Shown: positions 28,646-37,962, numbered from the stretch's first letter. The stretch: DNA of 64,000 nucleotides from Candidatus Daviesbacteria bacterium (GCA_016186955.1 JACPKP010000011.1:12477-76476); one strand, 5' to 3'. Numbers and translations are program-made. Notes: generated from the letters alone by a model not told the origin.

Positions 28646-28654
28646 ATGTGCACC

Positions 28655-28765
28655 CCCGAAAGGATAATATACCCACCGACTAAAGTCGGTGAGCGAACCT
28701 TCGAGGATAGCGCGCCCGGCGGGACAACATACCACTCGCCTCCGGCGAGTAGCGAACCTGCCAGG
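28655..28765. repeat. Duplicated tRNA-Arg 3'-end fragment plus two hairpin-agcgaacct units
   Basis: gcacccccgaaaggat at 28654-28669 repeats the tRNA-Arg 3' end at 28766-28781. Between the copies: ccaccgactaaagtcggtgagcgaaccttcgagg and ccactcgcctccggcgagtagcgaacctgccagg (hairpin followed by agcgaacct, twice). Confidence 0.55.
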
Positions 28766-28839
28766 CACCCCCGAAAGGATTCGAACCTTCGACCTCAACG
28801 TCCGCAACGTTGCGCTCTAATCCACTGAGCTACGGGGGT
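28766..28839 (-). tRNA. tRNA-Arg (anticodon GCG as read)
   Basis: Reverse-complement ACCCCCGTAGCTCAGTGGATTAGAGCGCAACGTTGCGGACGTTGAGGTCGAAGGTTCGAATCCTTTCGGGGGTG; anticodon loop TTGCGGA. GCG is an unusual Arg anticodon, so the isoacceptor call is tentative. Confidence 0.6.
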
Positions 28840-28899
28840 ACTGTGTGTATTTTACCTTATTGACTTATAAAAATCATAAGTTTAATATCTTAAATTGTA

Positions 28900-29220
28900 A
28901 TGTCTCCTGAACAGAGGGAAATAGTAGGTAAACCATTTGAGGAGGTTTGCGGAATTAAAGATATTTTTGTTGAAAAATATTTGCGACCATTCTTTTATGA
29001 TTATGAATACCCCTTGAATGGTGCAGGAGTTGGCCTGTCTAACTACAATAGGGGCCGTGCACGCTTTGTGATAAGTGTTAATACCCTCCAAAAACCTACC
29101 TCAGAATTTTTAAAGTCTCTAAGTTTACCAAGGAAATCATTCAAAGGAGTGCCTGTAAAATACCAACTTTTTGCTGGGTTTAGGGCTGCCGCGGACAGCA
29201 GAAACCAACTGTTTGAATGA
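28900..29220 (+). CDS. Hypothetical protein
   Basis: ORF only. Confidence 0.2.
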   Translation: MSPEQREIVGKPFEEVCGIKDIFVEKYLRPFFYDYEYPLNGAGVGLSNYNRGRARFVISVNTLQKPTSEFLKSLSLPRKSFKGVPVKYQLFAGFRAAADSRNQLFE

Positions 29221-29353
29221 GCAAAGAAAATTTAGATCCGAACAGGGCATATTTTGAGTAGAGTCACAGCTTTGGATAACGGACCTGTGTATAGCTATGG
29301 TGGACCGGAAGAAGAGTTCTATCCAAAGGGCAAAAAACGGTTTTGTTAAGATT

Positions 29354-29995
29354 TCATCTGTGGGGGTTCTCCAGCGGAAAATGTTTCTGCAGGCTGTCTG
29401 ACCATTTTTCCATCATAGTTTTTGGCGCGATCTCATGAAAAGGCAGGTATCTTGCGCAGGTATTCCTGACCTCCTCTTCACTGACATCTGAACCCAAAAC
29501 AAGGATCAACACACCGGGAAAATTTATCCTTGTCAAAACATGTAGGAGTTTATGCCCGTCTTTTTCGGAAAACCAGAAAGAGTCAAGTTCCTGCCAGTGG
29601 TAAAAATGGTCTCCTATGGTAACACCCTGTGTAGATATTTTATAGCCAACATCTTCAGGGGAGATAAAATTTAAAACATAAACCAGAAAACCCAAGGCTA
29701 ATATCGCCCCTACCAGAATCTTTTCCCCTGCTAAAAAGACTATCATTGAGGTTAAAACGATTAATACTGCAACTGTAGTATAAAAAGAGCGGTCTTTTTT
29801 CCTGAATGGCCGGGACGGGGCTTTCCAAGATAGCAGAGTCCTGACAGGATCATAATCAAAAAAAGGGTCGCTTTGCTGAACATCTTCGGCAGGGAGCTCC
29901 TCCGCAGGTTTTATGGGATTTGGGAGTTCCTTTTCAGGGTCAATCGAACTGGGCAACTCCGGTGTAAGCAGGTCTTTTTCGAAATATTCGGGCAT
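29354..29995 (-). CDS. Hypothetical membrane protein (two TM helices)
   Basis: MPEYFEKDLLTPELP... acidic N-terminus, two TM helices. The heptamer repeat begins 8 nt upstream of the start codon. Confidence 0.4.
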   Translation of the reverse strand: MPEYFEKDLLTPELPSSIDPEKELPNPIKPAEELPAEDVQQSDPFFDYDPVRTLLSWKAPSRPFRKKDRSFYTTVAVLIVLTSMIVFLAGEKILVGAILALGFLVYVLNFISPEDVGYKISTQGVTIGDHFYHWQELDSFWFSEKDGHKLLHVLTRINFPGVLILVLGSDVSEEEVRNTCARYLPFHEIAPKTMMEKWSDSLQKHFPLENPHR

Positions 29996-30003
29996 TAGGG
30001 ATA

Positions 30004-30031
30004 GTGTAAAGTGTAAAGTGTAAAGTGTAAA
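30004..30031. repeat. Heptanucleotide tandem repeat (GTGTAAA)x4
   Basis: gtgtaaagtgtaaagtgtaaagtgtaaa, 8 nt upstream of the ATG of 29354..29995 (minus strand). Confidence 0.8.
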
Positions 30032-30040
30032 GTAGTAACC

Positions 30041-30595
30041 CTAACTTAATTGGGCCCTAATAGCGCTGATAATCAGCGGATAATAGTTATGGGGGACGAA
30101 TTTTTTGCTCAAAATAGGATCAGTAACCTCTTTTTCAAACCGGTCAACAGGCTCAAACTTCACCTTCCCCACCTCCCCATCCTTAAAATCCAGTTCTTTC
30201 ACAGCACCGTCAAACTGAAACAAATAAAGATGGTTCAGTTCATTGTTTTGGAACCCTGGTTTACCAGAAATCCTGTATTTCTGTTTTTGGATCTTCACTT
30301 TTTTTAACAGCTTGGGGTCTATTTTTATACCAAGCTCCTCTGATAACTCCCTTATTGCAGCGCCATCAGGGGTTTGCCCTGCAGAAATATGCCCTGCGCA
30401 GGATATATCCCAAAGCCCGGGGTAAACATATAGGTTATCTGCCCGCTTTTGCAGAAGCACTTCACCTTTTTTGTTGTACATCCAGATGTGGACTGTGGCA
30501 TGCCAGGAACCGTCGCTGTGCGCCAGGTTTCTGGATTTCACCCTGCCTGTTTTATTGCCTTTTGCATCAAGGATATCCAAAAGTTCATCAGGCAT
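30041..30595 (-). CDS. NUDIX hydrolase (IPP-isomerase-like subtype)
   Basis: Start set at MPDELLD. Nudix box GLWDISCAGHISAGQTPDGAAIRELSEELGI. Confidence 0.6.
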   Translation of the reverse strand: MPDELLDILDAKGNKTGRVKSRNLAHSDGSWHATVHIWMYNKKGEVLLQKRADNLYVYPGLWDISCAGHISAGQTPDGAAIRELSEELGIKIDPKLLKKVKIQKQKYRISGKPGFQNNELNHLYLFQFDGAVKELDFKDGEVGKVKFEPVDRFEKEVTDPILSKKFVPHNYYPLIISAIRAQLS

Positions 30596-30678
30596 GTTAC
30601 GGTAGTACATTATACCAAGTTTTGCAAACAATATCACATTGTGATATTGACATATGATATAATAGTAAATATAATTCA

Positions 30679-30960
30679 ATGATGCTAAACGCCAATATTG
30701 TGCCCGCCAGAAATCTTCAAAAATCTTACAAATCCATTATTGAAGAAGTAAAGAAAAAAAAGAAGGCAGTGGTTTTAACAACCAATAACCAGCCGCAAGC
30801 CGCCATTGTGAGTCTTGAGGATTTAGAAAAACTACAACAGACTAAAGCACAACAAGGGACTGCTGAAATGCTAAATTTTGTGGAGGAACACAAAGAAGAA
30901 CTGAAAGAACTACCAGCAAATTTACGCGAAATTGCAGATGATATCCTATATAGCAAATGA
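30679..30960 (+). CDS. Phd/YefM-type antitoxin
   Basis: Beta-strand KAVVLTTNNQPQAAIVSLEDLEKLQ typical of Phd/YefM. 4-nt overlap with the PIN gene. Confidence 0.55.
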   Translation: MMLNANIVPARNLQKSYKSIIEEVKKKKKAVVLTTNNQPQAAIVSLEDLEKLQQTKAQQGTAEMLNFVEEHKEELKELPANLREIADDILYSK

Positions 30961-31400
30961 TTAAAAAAGTGGTTATAGATTCTGATGCTATATATGCAAT
31001 TTATAACCATAATGATCCTTTACATAGTAAGGCAATTAAAACTTTACAGCTGTTGAATAAAACCCAAGTTCAATTAATTTATCCTACTTCGGTTATTTTT
31101 GAAGTCATGTCTTTATTCCAAAGAGTTCTCTCAGCACCTTCAGTAACAATAAAGATGGTAGATTTAATTAGCAGAGATCTTTTAATAATCTATGCAATAG
31201 ACAATGAGCTGCTTAAAGAAGCTACGAATATCTTTAAACCAGCTGGAAGTGAGCAAGCTCCTTCCTTCGGAAGTAAAAAGAATACCTTAGTGGATTGCTC
31301 AGTAGTGGCTGTGGCTAAAAAAATAAAAGCAGATGGTGTATTTTCTTATGATGAGTTTTATAAAAAACAAGGTCTAAAATTAGCTGAAGATTTAATTTAG
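30957..31400 (+). CDS. vapC: PIN-domain toxin (VapC), paralog of 2938..3348
   Basis: IKKVVIDSDAIYAIY; C-terminus FSYDEFYKKQGLKLAEDLI resembles 2938..3348 (FSFDKFYKSKGFKLASEL). Confidence 0.65.
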   Translation: MIKKVVIDSDAIYAIYNHNDPLHSKAIKTLQLLNKTQVQLIYPTSVIFEVMSLFQRVLSAPSVTIKMVDLISRDLLIIYAIDNELLKEATNIFKPAGSEQAPSFGSKKNTLVDCSVVAVAKKIKADGVFSYDEFYKKQGLKLAEDLI

Positions 31401-31555
31401 CCTTCTAAATTCTTCCAAAATCTCCCTCGGCGGTACCTGGTTGCCTGCCATCCATAGCTTTAGCAAGGGATGGACTATGTTGGAACCTTTTATCAAATCT
31501 CAACACAGCAAAAGGCCTTTGTTAACACATTAATTGTACGATAAAATTAGTTTTA

Positions 31556-32065
31556 GTGACCAATAATGATTTCCTCAACTATCTATTCAATCTACAACCT
31601 ACTTGGGTAGCATTGCTTATCTTTTTATGGGGAGTTGGGTCGTTATTGATTGTTGCCGCAAAAACTAAAACAATAAAAACTGTCCTTTTTAAAAATCCCG
31701 GAATTGTAGTAGGAGACTTTTTTCTCTTGCCCATAGCAGGAGGTTTGATAACTTTCTTCTATCAACAGGTTACTAACCCCGTACCCGTAAATAATCCTTT
31801 GTGGACCCTTTCTATAATGTTTATTAGCCTACTTTTAACTATATTCTCGGCATTAAGATTTAAACTGCTCAACATTTTATGGCTACCTCATGGACTGTTT
31901 TATTTATTCATGAGTTATATTGTCTTAACTTTTATAAGTAAAGGACTGTGGCAACTCATACATGGTGGTACCCCACTATTATGGTTAATATGGATATTAG
32001 TCGTATTTGCTGTTACAACTCACCAACTCTTAGGTATTTTATGGTCAAAAAAGTTTCCTCTGTAA
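31556..32065 (+). CDS. Hypothetical polytopic membrane protein
   Basis: Five hydrophobic helices. Confidence 0.4.
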   Translation: MTNNDFLNYLFNLQPTWVALLIFLWGVGSLLIVAAKTKTIKTVLFKNPGIVVGDFFLLPIAGGLITFFYQQVTNPVPVNNPLWTLSIMFISLLLTIFSALRFKLLNILWLPHGLFYLFMSYIVLTFISKGLWQLIHGGTPLLWLIWILVVFAVTTHQLLGILWSKKFPL

Positions 32066-32223
32066 AAAAGTTTTGGTTGGAACCTGTTAAAAACTGCCTT
32101 TTTAGGCACAAATTGATGATATTGATAAAAAATGCCCTAAAAAATGATTGGGTTGGTTGGAACTTACCCTTAAGGGAAATATAGCCTGGTAAAACTGACT
32201 AGCTAAGGTTATTGTTAATCTTT

Positions 32224-32460
32224 TCATATAAATCTCTTTTTTAAAAATGCTCTTCCAGAACCAGACTTTAGATATTTCTCAAAACCATAAGCCTTATATT
32301 TATCTGTAAAAACTAAATAAGTTATCAATTTGACAGGTAATCTACTCTTGGTTGCTGGTACCCATCCGGACTCATGCCGTTTTAAGCGTTCATCTAAATT
32401 ATCTGTACATCCAACATAAGTCTTTTCATCATTACAAGTTAATATGTAAACATACCACAT
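32224..32460 (-). CDS. GIY-YIG nuclease domain protein (UPF0213/Slx1-like)
   Basis: Start set at MWYVYILTC: WYVYILTCNDEKTYVGCTDNLDERLKRHE is a textbook GIY-YIG. The longer ORF N-terminus is read from the repeat sequence. Confidence 0.6.
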   Translation of the reverse strand: MWYVYILTCNDEKTYVGCTDNLDERLKRHESGWVPATKSRLPVKLITYLVFTDKYKAYGFEKYLKSGSGRAFLKKRFI

Positions 32461-32464
32461 ATCA

Positions 32465-32820
32465 TTTATCTTAGCGGACTTTGTCCGTGCGCCGACGCTG
32501 AAGCTCTGGCGCAAGCGTCCGAAGCTCGCCATACAATCTCGCCGTCGCTAAAGCTATGGCGAGCGAATTCCTCTTTCGCGTACTTGGCGGATTTTATCCG
32601 CCGAAGTCCGCTTCAGCGGACGAAGGCGGAGGGGGTGAGATTCGAACTCACGGAGAGCTTGCGCCCTCAGAAGTTTTCAAAACTTCCGCACTAGGCCACT
32701 ATGCGACCCCTCCATCAAACTTTAATCTTTGAGGTCGCATAGGTACATTAGATAGTAAAGCACCGCTTGACGGTGCGGCTATCGCAAGAAACGAAGTTTC
32801 TTATGCGACCTCTCCATTCC
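32465..32820. repeat. Segmental duplication unit 1 (tRNA-Ser flanked by conserved 60-nt and 100-nt blocks)
   Basis: gcggactttgtccgtgcgccgacgctgaagctctggcgcaa (32465-32524) and atcaaactttaatctttgaggtcgcatag...cttatgcgacctctcca (32714-32815) recur at 32916-32975 and 33098-33199. Confidence 0.7.
32627..32713 (-). tRNA. tRNA-Ser (anticodon TGA)
   Basis: Reverse-complement GGAGGGGTCGCATAGTGGCCTAGTGCGGAAGTTTTGAAAACTTCT...; anticodon loop TTTGAAA; long variable arm. Confidence 0.75.
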
Positions 32821-32915
32821 GGATGTCAGATGTCAAAAATCGGATTTCGGATCAGTACAATTTTATCCGATTTATCCGAGATCTGATTTCCGATATCCGA
32901 AATCCGAACTTGGCG

Positions 32916-33199
<284 letters not shown>

Positions 33200-33232
33200 A
33201 GACAGGCTTAATTGTATCAAAACATTGTACTG

Positions 33233-33925
33233 TTATCTAGCCAACGTCAGCGACCAGACTTTTTTTGCCCCATTTCTTTTTAAGACATAGCAACATTCTT
33301 TTAGGGTTGAGCCGGTAGTCCAGACATCATCTACCAAAATAGTGTTATTAGTTATTAGTTCATGGTTCATAGTAAGGGAAAAAGTATTTTTAATATTTTG
33401 CCTGCGTTTTTGGGAATCCAAACCTACCTGAGAGCTGGTCATTTTATGACGCTTCAAGGCCTCCGAATAGTCCAAACCAAGCCTGTCTGCAAAAACTTTT
33501 GCAAACAGGGATGATTGGTTAAAACCTCTTGAATTTTTTCTGGTCCAGTGCAACGGTACAGGCACAACTACCCAATCTTTCCCATAATTTTTTTTAATTT
33601 CATCCAACAAAAATGTCCCGCTTTTCGCCCAATATTCCAAAGTTATATCCACTAAATCTTCAGCCAACTCTTTGATGTATCTGTACTTAATTTTTTGGAT
33701 TGCTGATCTTAAGGAACCGGAGTAGACCCCTAAACTCCAAAGCCCGTCCAGCCCAAACTTTCTTCGGCAGACAGGATGGGTCACACCCCCTATTGAGGGG
33801 CGTTCACAGCCCGGACAGACAAGTTCAGCCTGAAGGATATTTGAAATACAACCAGGACAAAAATATGCACCCAGCTTATTACATCCTACGCATTTTTTGG
33901 GAAATAAAAGATCCAAAATATTCAT
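33233..33925 (-). CDS. comFC: ComF-family protein (ComFC, zinc finger plus phosphoribosyltransferase domain)
   Basis: CVGCNKLGAYFCPGC...CPGCERP zinc ribbon; C-terminal PRTase motif ILVDDVWTTGSTL. Confidence 0.65.
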   Translation of the reverse strand: MNILDLLFPKKCVGCNKLGAYFCPGCISNILQAELVCPGCERPSIGGVTHPVCRRKFGLDGLWSLGVYSGSLRSAIQKIKYRYIKELAEDLVDITLEYWAKSGTFLLDEIKKNYGKDWVVVPVPLHWTRKNSRGFNQSSLFAKVFADRLGLDYSEALKRHKMTSSQVGLDSQKRRQNIKNTFSLTMNHELITNNTILVDDVWTTGSTLKECCYVLKRNGAKKVWSLTLAR

Positions 33926-34076
33926 AATCCATCATTGCGAGACCACGAAGTGGCGAAGCAATCTCTTAAAAATAAGTCAAAAACTCTATAAATTAGATTG
34001 CCACGTCGTTTCACTCCTCGCAATGACAAAATAGAAATTTGCATTTAGGCTCAGGTTGTGGTAGTATACTACTTAC

Positions 34077-34443
34077 GGGGATGTATAGTTTCGACAAGTC
34101 GGCACTTTAAAAACTGCAAGCCGTTTAGGGAACATTAAACGTTAAATACTGTTTCAAAACGTAAACGCCAATTTATTTGGTCGTTCCAGTGACCGCGTAG
34201 CATACGCTTACGCCTAACCGGTGCTTTAGAAATTCTTCCTCCTGATGGGAATCTAAGGTATATACACAGTCGGGATGCAAAATTTAAAGGTGCAGGTTGA
34301 TCCTTAAATTTTAAAGACAACTCAATCTGGTATCAGTTTTCCTGCTAATTGGTTACAATTGATATCTAAATATTAATTAGCTAAGCTTGTAGAAGTTTTT
34401 GAATAACTTACTTGGACGAGGGGTCACACCCTCCATCTCCACC
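34077..34443 (+). ncRNA. ssrA: tmRNA (SsrA)
   Basis: 5' GGGGATGTATAGTTTCGACAAG (tRNA-like acceptor and TTCGAC D-loop analogue). 3' GGACGAGGGGTCACACCCTCCATCTCCACC compares with the E. coli 3' end GGACGGGGGTTCAAATCCCCCCGGCTCCACCA. Internal tag ORF ...gca tac gct tac gcc taa (…AYAYA*). smpB lies 0.9 kb away. Confidence 0.7.
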
Positions 34444-34517
34444 CGATAATCCCATACTTTGAGTATGGGATTTTTGAAGATTGACATTTCCCAAATAAAA
34501 AAGTATATTCCCTAACA

Positions 34518-35318
34518 ATGGCTGTAGAAAGTTTATTTAATGGGGAATTTGTGGTTAAACAGGATGGTATTTATACCTTTGTACACTATTACACCCATCC
34601 TGAAACTGAACTCCAGGTAGTTTTAGCAGGTATGAATCATGGAGGAGACAAAAAATATTTTGATAGAATCGGCAAGATACTCAACAAACAAGATAAAGTA
34701 ATATTTGAAGCTATTTCCTCTGATGACAGACCCCGGGAAGAAAAACGGCAGGAGGAGGAGAAAGAATTACAGAACGTATACAGCGCAGATCCGAATGAAG
34801 CTTTTTTCCCCGCAGTCGGAGTTTATTTTCAAAAAACAGACCAATATCTAAATCTTGTTTGTGAGGAGGATGCTTTTGACTTTACAAATCCAAACTGGGT
34901 CTGTGGTGACATGGAGTTTTTTATGTCGCTTGAGAATAAAGACAGACAACTGGCTCTTGAAGAGGAAATGCAAAAAAAGTTAAATTATATCCCAACCGAG
35001 CGTAAAAAAGAGGTAGTTGAATACATTAAAAGGTCTTTTGGAAAAATAGAAAGTAAGCAGTTTACCAAGAGAGATTTTGGTGAAAGCTTTGTATTTTTAT
35101 ATTCTGATCCTAATATAGTCAAATTATTTTCAGAAATTTTGTGTACAGAAAGGGAAGAGATGATAATGAACTGTTTTGATAAAATCGTTGTTGAGGATAA
35201 TCCCAGATCAATTGGTTTAAAATACGGAGCAGCACATATTCCTAATTTGAGATCCTTATGTGAACAGAGAGGGTATCTACTCAACAGGTCAACAGAGTTT
35301 AGAAATTTGAAATTTTAA
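34518..35318 (+). CDS. TraB/GumN/PrgY/Tiki-family protein
   Basis: N-terminal VVLAGMNHGG and C-terminal GLKYGAAHIPNLRSLCEQRGYLL match the two GxxH motifs of the TraB/GumN fold. Confidence 0.4.
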   Translation: MAVESLFNGEFVVKQDGIYTFVHYYTHPETELQVVLAGMNHGGDKKYFDRIGKILNKQDKVIFEAISSDDRPREEKRQEEEKELQNVYSADPNEAFFPAVGVYFQKTDQYLNLVCEEDAFDFTNPNWVCGDMEFFMSLENKDRQLALEEEMQKKLNYIPTERKKEVVEYIKRSFGKIESKQFTKRDFGESFVFLYSDPNIVKLFSEILCTEREEMIMNCFDKIVVEDNPRSIGLKYGAAHIPNLRSLCEQRGYLLNRSTEFRNLKF

Positions 35319-35762
35319 TCATTCTTTAAGCCCTCTTAGCTCCTGTTCAATCCTGCGCTGGTGGTCTTTTTCCTTCAACACTTTTCTTTTATCAAATTCC
35401 CTTTTTGACTTGGCCAAGCCCACATCAACCTTAAAATTGTTGTTTTTTTCATAGATTGAAACCGGCACCAAAGTTATACCTTTACCTGAAGTTTTACCCA
35501 TTAAATTTTGGATCTGACTCTTGTGCAGCAAAAGCTTCCTTGGCCTGAAAGGGTCATAGGTTTTTGATCCTGTTTGGACTAATTTCGGGATATTGGCATT
35601 GATTAAAAATGCCTCTTCATTTAAAACCCTGATAAAACTCTCATTAAGATCCAACCTACCCGCCCTGATTGACTTGACTTCAGAGCCCAACAAAGCCACT
35701 CCTGCCTCCAGGCGCTCCAGGATGTGATAGTTACGCAAAGCTTTTTTGTTAACAATTCTCAT
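35319..35762 (-). CDS. smpB: SsrA-binding protein SmpB
   Basis: KALRNYHILERLEAGVALLGSEVKSIRAGRLDLNESFI matches the SmpB N-terminal region; about 150 aa. Confidence 0.8.
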   Translation of the reverse strand: MRIVNKKALRNYHILERLEAGVALLGSEVKSIRAGRLDLNESFIRVLNEEAFLINANIPKLVQTGSKTYDPFRPRKLLLHKSQIQNLMGKTSGKGITLVPVSIYEKNNNFKVDVGLAKSKREFDKRKVLKEKDHQRRIEQELRGLKE

Positions 35763-35785
35763 ATTTTAATATTATCATTTTAAGC

Positions 35786-35820
35786 TTAAAAAAGAGGGGT
35801 CCGATGTAACATCGGACCCC
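35786..35820 (-). terminator. Rho-independent terminator for minus-strand transcript
   Basis: ggggtccgatg-taa-catcggacccc hairpin, followed on the minus strand by TCTTTTTT. Confidence 0.6.
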
Positions 35821-35828
35821 ATAGCACG

Positions 35829-36026
35829 TCATGAATCAGAACCGTCAGTCTCCTCAAGATACTGCAGAACAGGACAATCTTCTGCATTTTTGTCCCCACA
35901 AGGACAAATTCTGCAGCATGCCCCGCAGCTGTGTTCCTCATGAACACCGCATCCTGGCGGAAAGACAAATTTTTCCGCTGCATCCGCCAGGCTTACAACC
36001 TCAACTCTCGGATCTCTGCAACCCAT
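35829..36026 (-). CDS. Small Cys-rich protein (8 Cys in 65 aa), putative metal-binding
   Basis: CGACCRICPCGD cluster. Lies between the upstream 596-aa gene and the terminator. Competing overlapping ORFs exist, so confidence is low. Confidence 0.25.
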   Translation of the reverse strand: MGCRDPRVEVVSLADAAEKFVFPPGCGVHEEHSCGACCRICPCGDKNAEDCPVLQYLEETDGSDS

Positions 36027-36093
36027 TCATTCTCCCTTTCAACGTACTGTCTTTTGCAAGACACCGGAATTTTAACTCATTATGGGATTCTTG

Positions 36094-37884
36094 TCAATGC
36101 AGGTCCAGCTGGTATATTTTGTTCCCTTCCAGAAGATACAACTTTTTCCCTCCAGAATCCACTGCAAAATCATCCGCGTCTTTAAACTTATCCCCGGTAA
36201 TTTGTGACTGGTACTGCCCGTTTTTCTTCAGGACAACCACTCTGTTGTTGGGCCTGTCTAACACATACATACTGTCAATGTCTTCGGGGACAACAAAACC
36301 GGACACTTCACTAATAGGTTTGTCCAACCCGCCCACTGAGAAAAAATCACCGGCTCCGGCGGTAAATTTGAGGATTTGGCTTTCCTTCAATACCCAAACG
36401 GAATAATCTATATTTAACTTTTTAGCGCCTGCAAGGTCAACTTTTTGGCCTGGCTTCAAATAAGCAAATTTGTTTGAATACCCGGTTTCTGTAGGCACAT
36501 ATTTCCAGATTTGGCTTTTGATTGAATCAAGCAGATAAATATTGCCTGCAAACCCAAAAATATCAGATATCTCTCCCCAAGTATCGTCAGGTTTGACTAC
36601 CGGCGTAGATTTTGAATTTATCAGGTCAACCTTCACCACTCCTTTATCCTTGGAATAAACAAAAGCAGAATTGGCATTCAGTGAAGCAAAAGAAGCATCC
36701 CCAAGCTGGGTTTGGCCTGCCAATATCTGATTGGTCTTTTTACTGGTATCGACCACCACCAATGTTTTTTGTTTTTCATCTAGTAATAAAAGCTTTCCAA
36801 GTGAAAATGAGAATTTTTTAACAAACAGGTCGCTTTTAATAAGGTCAAGGCTTAAATAAAGCGGCCAATCACGGATCTCCACCACCTTTAGGATTTCATT
36901 ACTGCCACTATCAAGCTCTTTTTTAAGTTCCTGTGCTTTAATATCTTTTGGTTTAATTTTAAGCGCTTCGGTCATATTTTTTTTTGCTTCATCAAGACTT
37001 TGTTTTGCACCTTGGGGATCCGAATCCTTTAAATTTTGTGCTTTGGAATATTGTTCCCGGGCAGCAGAATAGGCTTTGGAAAACCTGGTTTCTTTTTGTG
37101 TATTTTGGGTGTTTAAATAGGACAATCCAATCCAAACCAATAATAAACATCCTAAAAACACCCCAAATAAAACTTTAATCTTTTTACTCAAAAAAATAGT
37201 ATGGTTGCTTTGTATTAACCTTAATCTTTCTAATAACCTCTTTTTTAATAGCGCTGTCATCTGCCCATGGCCCACAGTAATTTGCGGAGCCGGATTTATG
37301 GTATTAGGTTCCAAAATAGTTTTTTCGGGTTGGTTGTCTATTAATACAGCAGCCACCGGAGGATGATTCTCGGCCTTTAACAGGTACATACCCAACTCTT
37401 CTTCGAATGAACAAGTTTTTGACTCCGCCAATAAATCAACCGACTGATAAATCAGCTCCTGCAAACCCTGGTCGGTTGCCAATAGCACCTTATCGTAATC
37501 TTTAACAAAACCTGAGATTAACTGCCCTTTTCCGTCCGGAGGTATAAGCTCGGAAACCTTCCCTTCCCTAAGTAAATAAGCCTTGAACTCCCCTGTAGAA
37601 TACAGGTACAAAACATCACCCTGCCAAAAACCCAAAAGAACCTGAAGGTTTACGACAGCAGAGAGTTGGGTGTTTATCTTTTCAATTATTTGTGGAATCC
37701 TGGTGGCATACGGCTCCTGAGAACTAAAAAACTCCTCTTCTAAATCCAGGCCTGTTTGTCTGATTTTAATAAAAACATCATCGCCTTCGCCGGATAAAAG
37801 AACAGCCAAAGAAGACTGGTATATAAAAGCTTGGGCAGTCAGCAAATCGGTATTTGCGCCAATTGCCTTGGCAAATTTCAACAT
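36094..37884 (-). CDS. Hypothetical bitopic membrane protein (cytoplasmic N-domain, TM, coiled coil, C-terminal beta-rich domain)
   Basis: Single TM helix near aa 230; no recognisable catalytic motif. Confidence 0.45.
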   Translation of the reverse strand: MLKFAKAIGANTDLLTAQAFIYQSSLAVLLSGEGDDVFIKIRQTGLDLEEEFFSSQEPYATRIPQIIEKINTQLSAVVNLQVLLGFWQGDVLYLYSTGEFKAYLLREGKVSELIPPDGKGQLISGFVKDYDKVLLATDQGLQELIYQSVDLLAESKTCSFEEELGMYLLKAENHPPVAAVLIDNQPEKTILEPNTINPAPQITVGHGQMTALLKKRLLERLRLIQSNHTIFLSKKIKVLFGVFLGCLLLVWIGLSYLNTQNTQKETRFSKAYSAAREQYSKAQNLKDSDPQGAKQSLDEAKKNMTEALKIKPKDIKAQELKKELDSGSNEILKVVEIRDWPLYLSLDLIKSDLFVKKFSFSLGKLLLLDEKQKTLVVVDTSKKTNQILAGQTQLGDASFASLNANSAFVYSKDKGVVKVDLINSKSTPVVKPDDTWGEISDIFGFAGNIYLLDSIKSQIWKYVPTETGYSNKFAYLKPGQKVDLAGAKKLNIDYSVWVLKESQILKFTAGAGDFFSVGGLDKPISEVSGFVVPEDIDSMYVLDRPNNRVVVLKKNGQYQSQITGDKFKDADDFAVDSGGKKLYLLEGNKIYQLDLH

Positions 37885-37962
37885 CAGTTAGAGTCCAGTT
37901 GCCAGAATCCAGAATCTAGAAAAAATATTCCTGGACTCTTGACTCTGGACTCTTGTCGCTAA

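Noticed and set aside
34135-34320. 61-aa ORF on the minus strand
   Set aside because: It is antisense to the tmRNA gene body.
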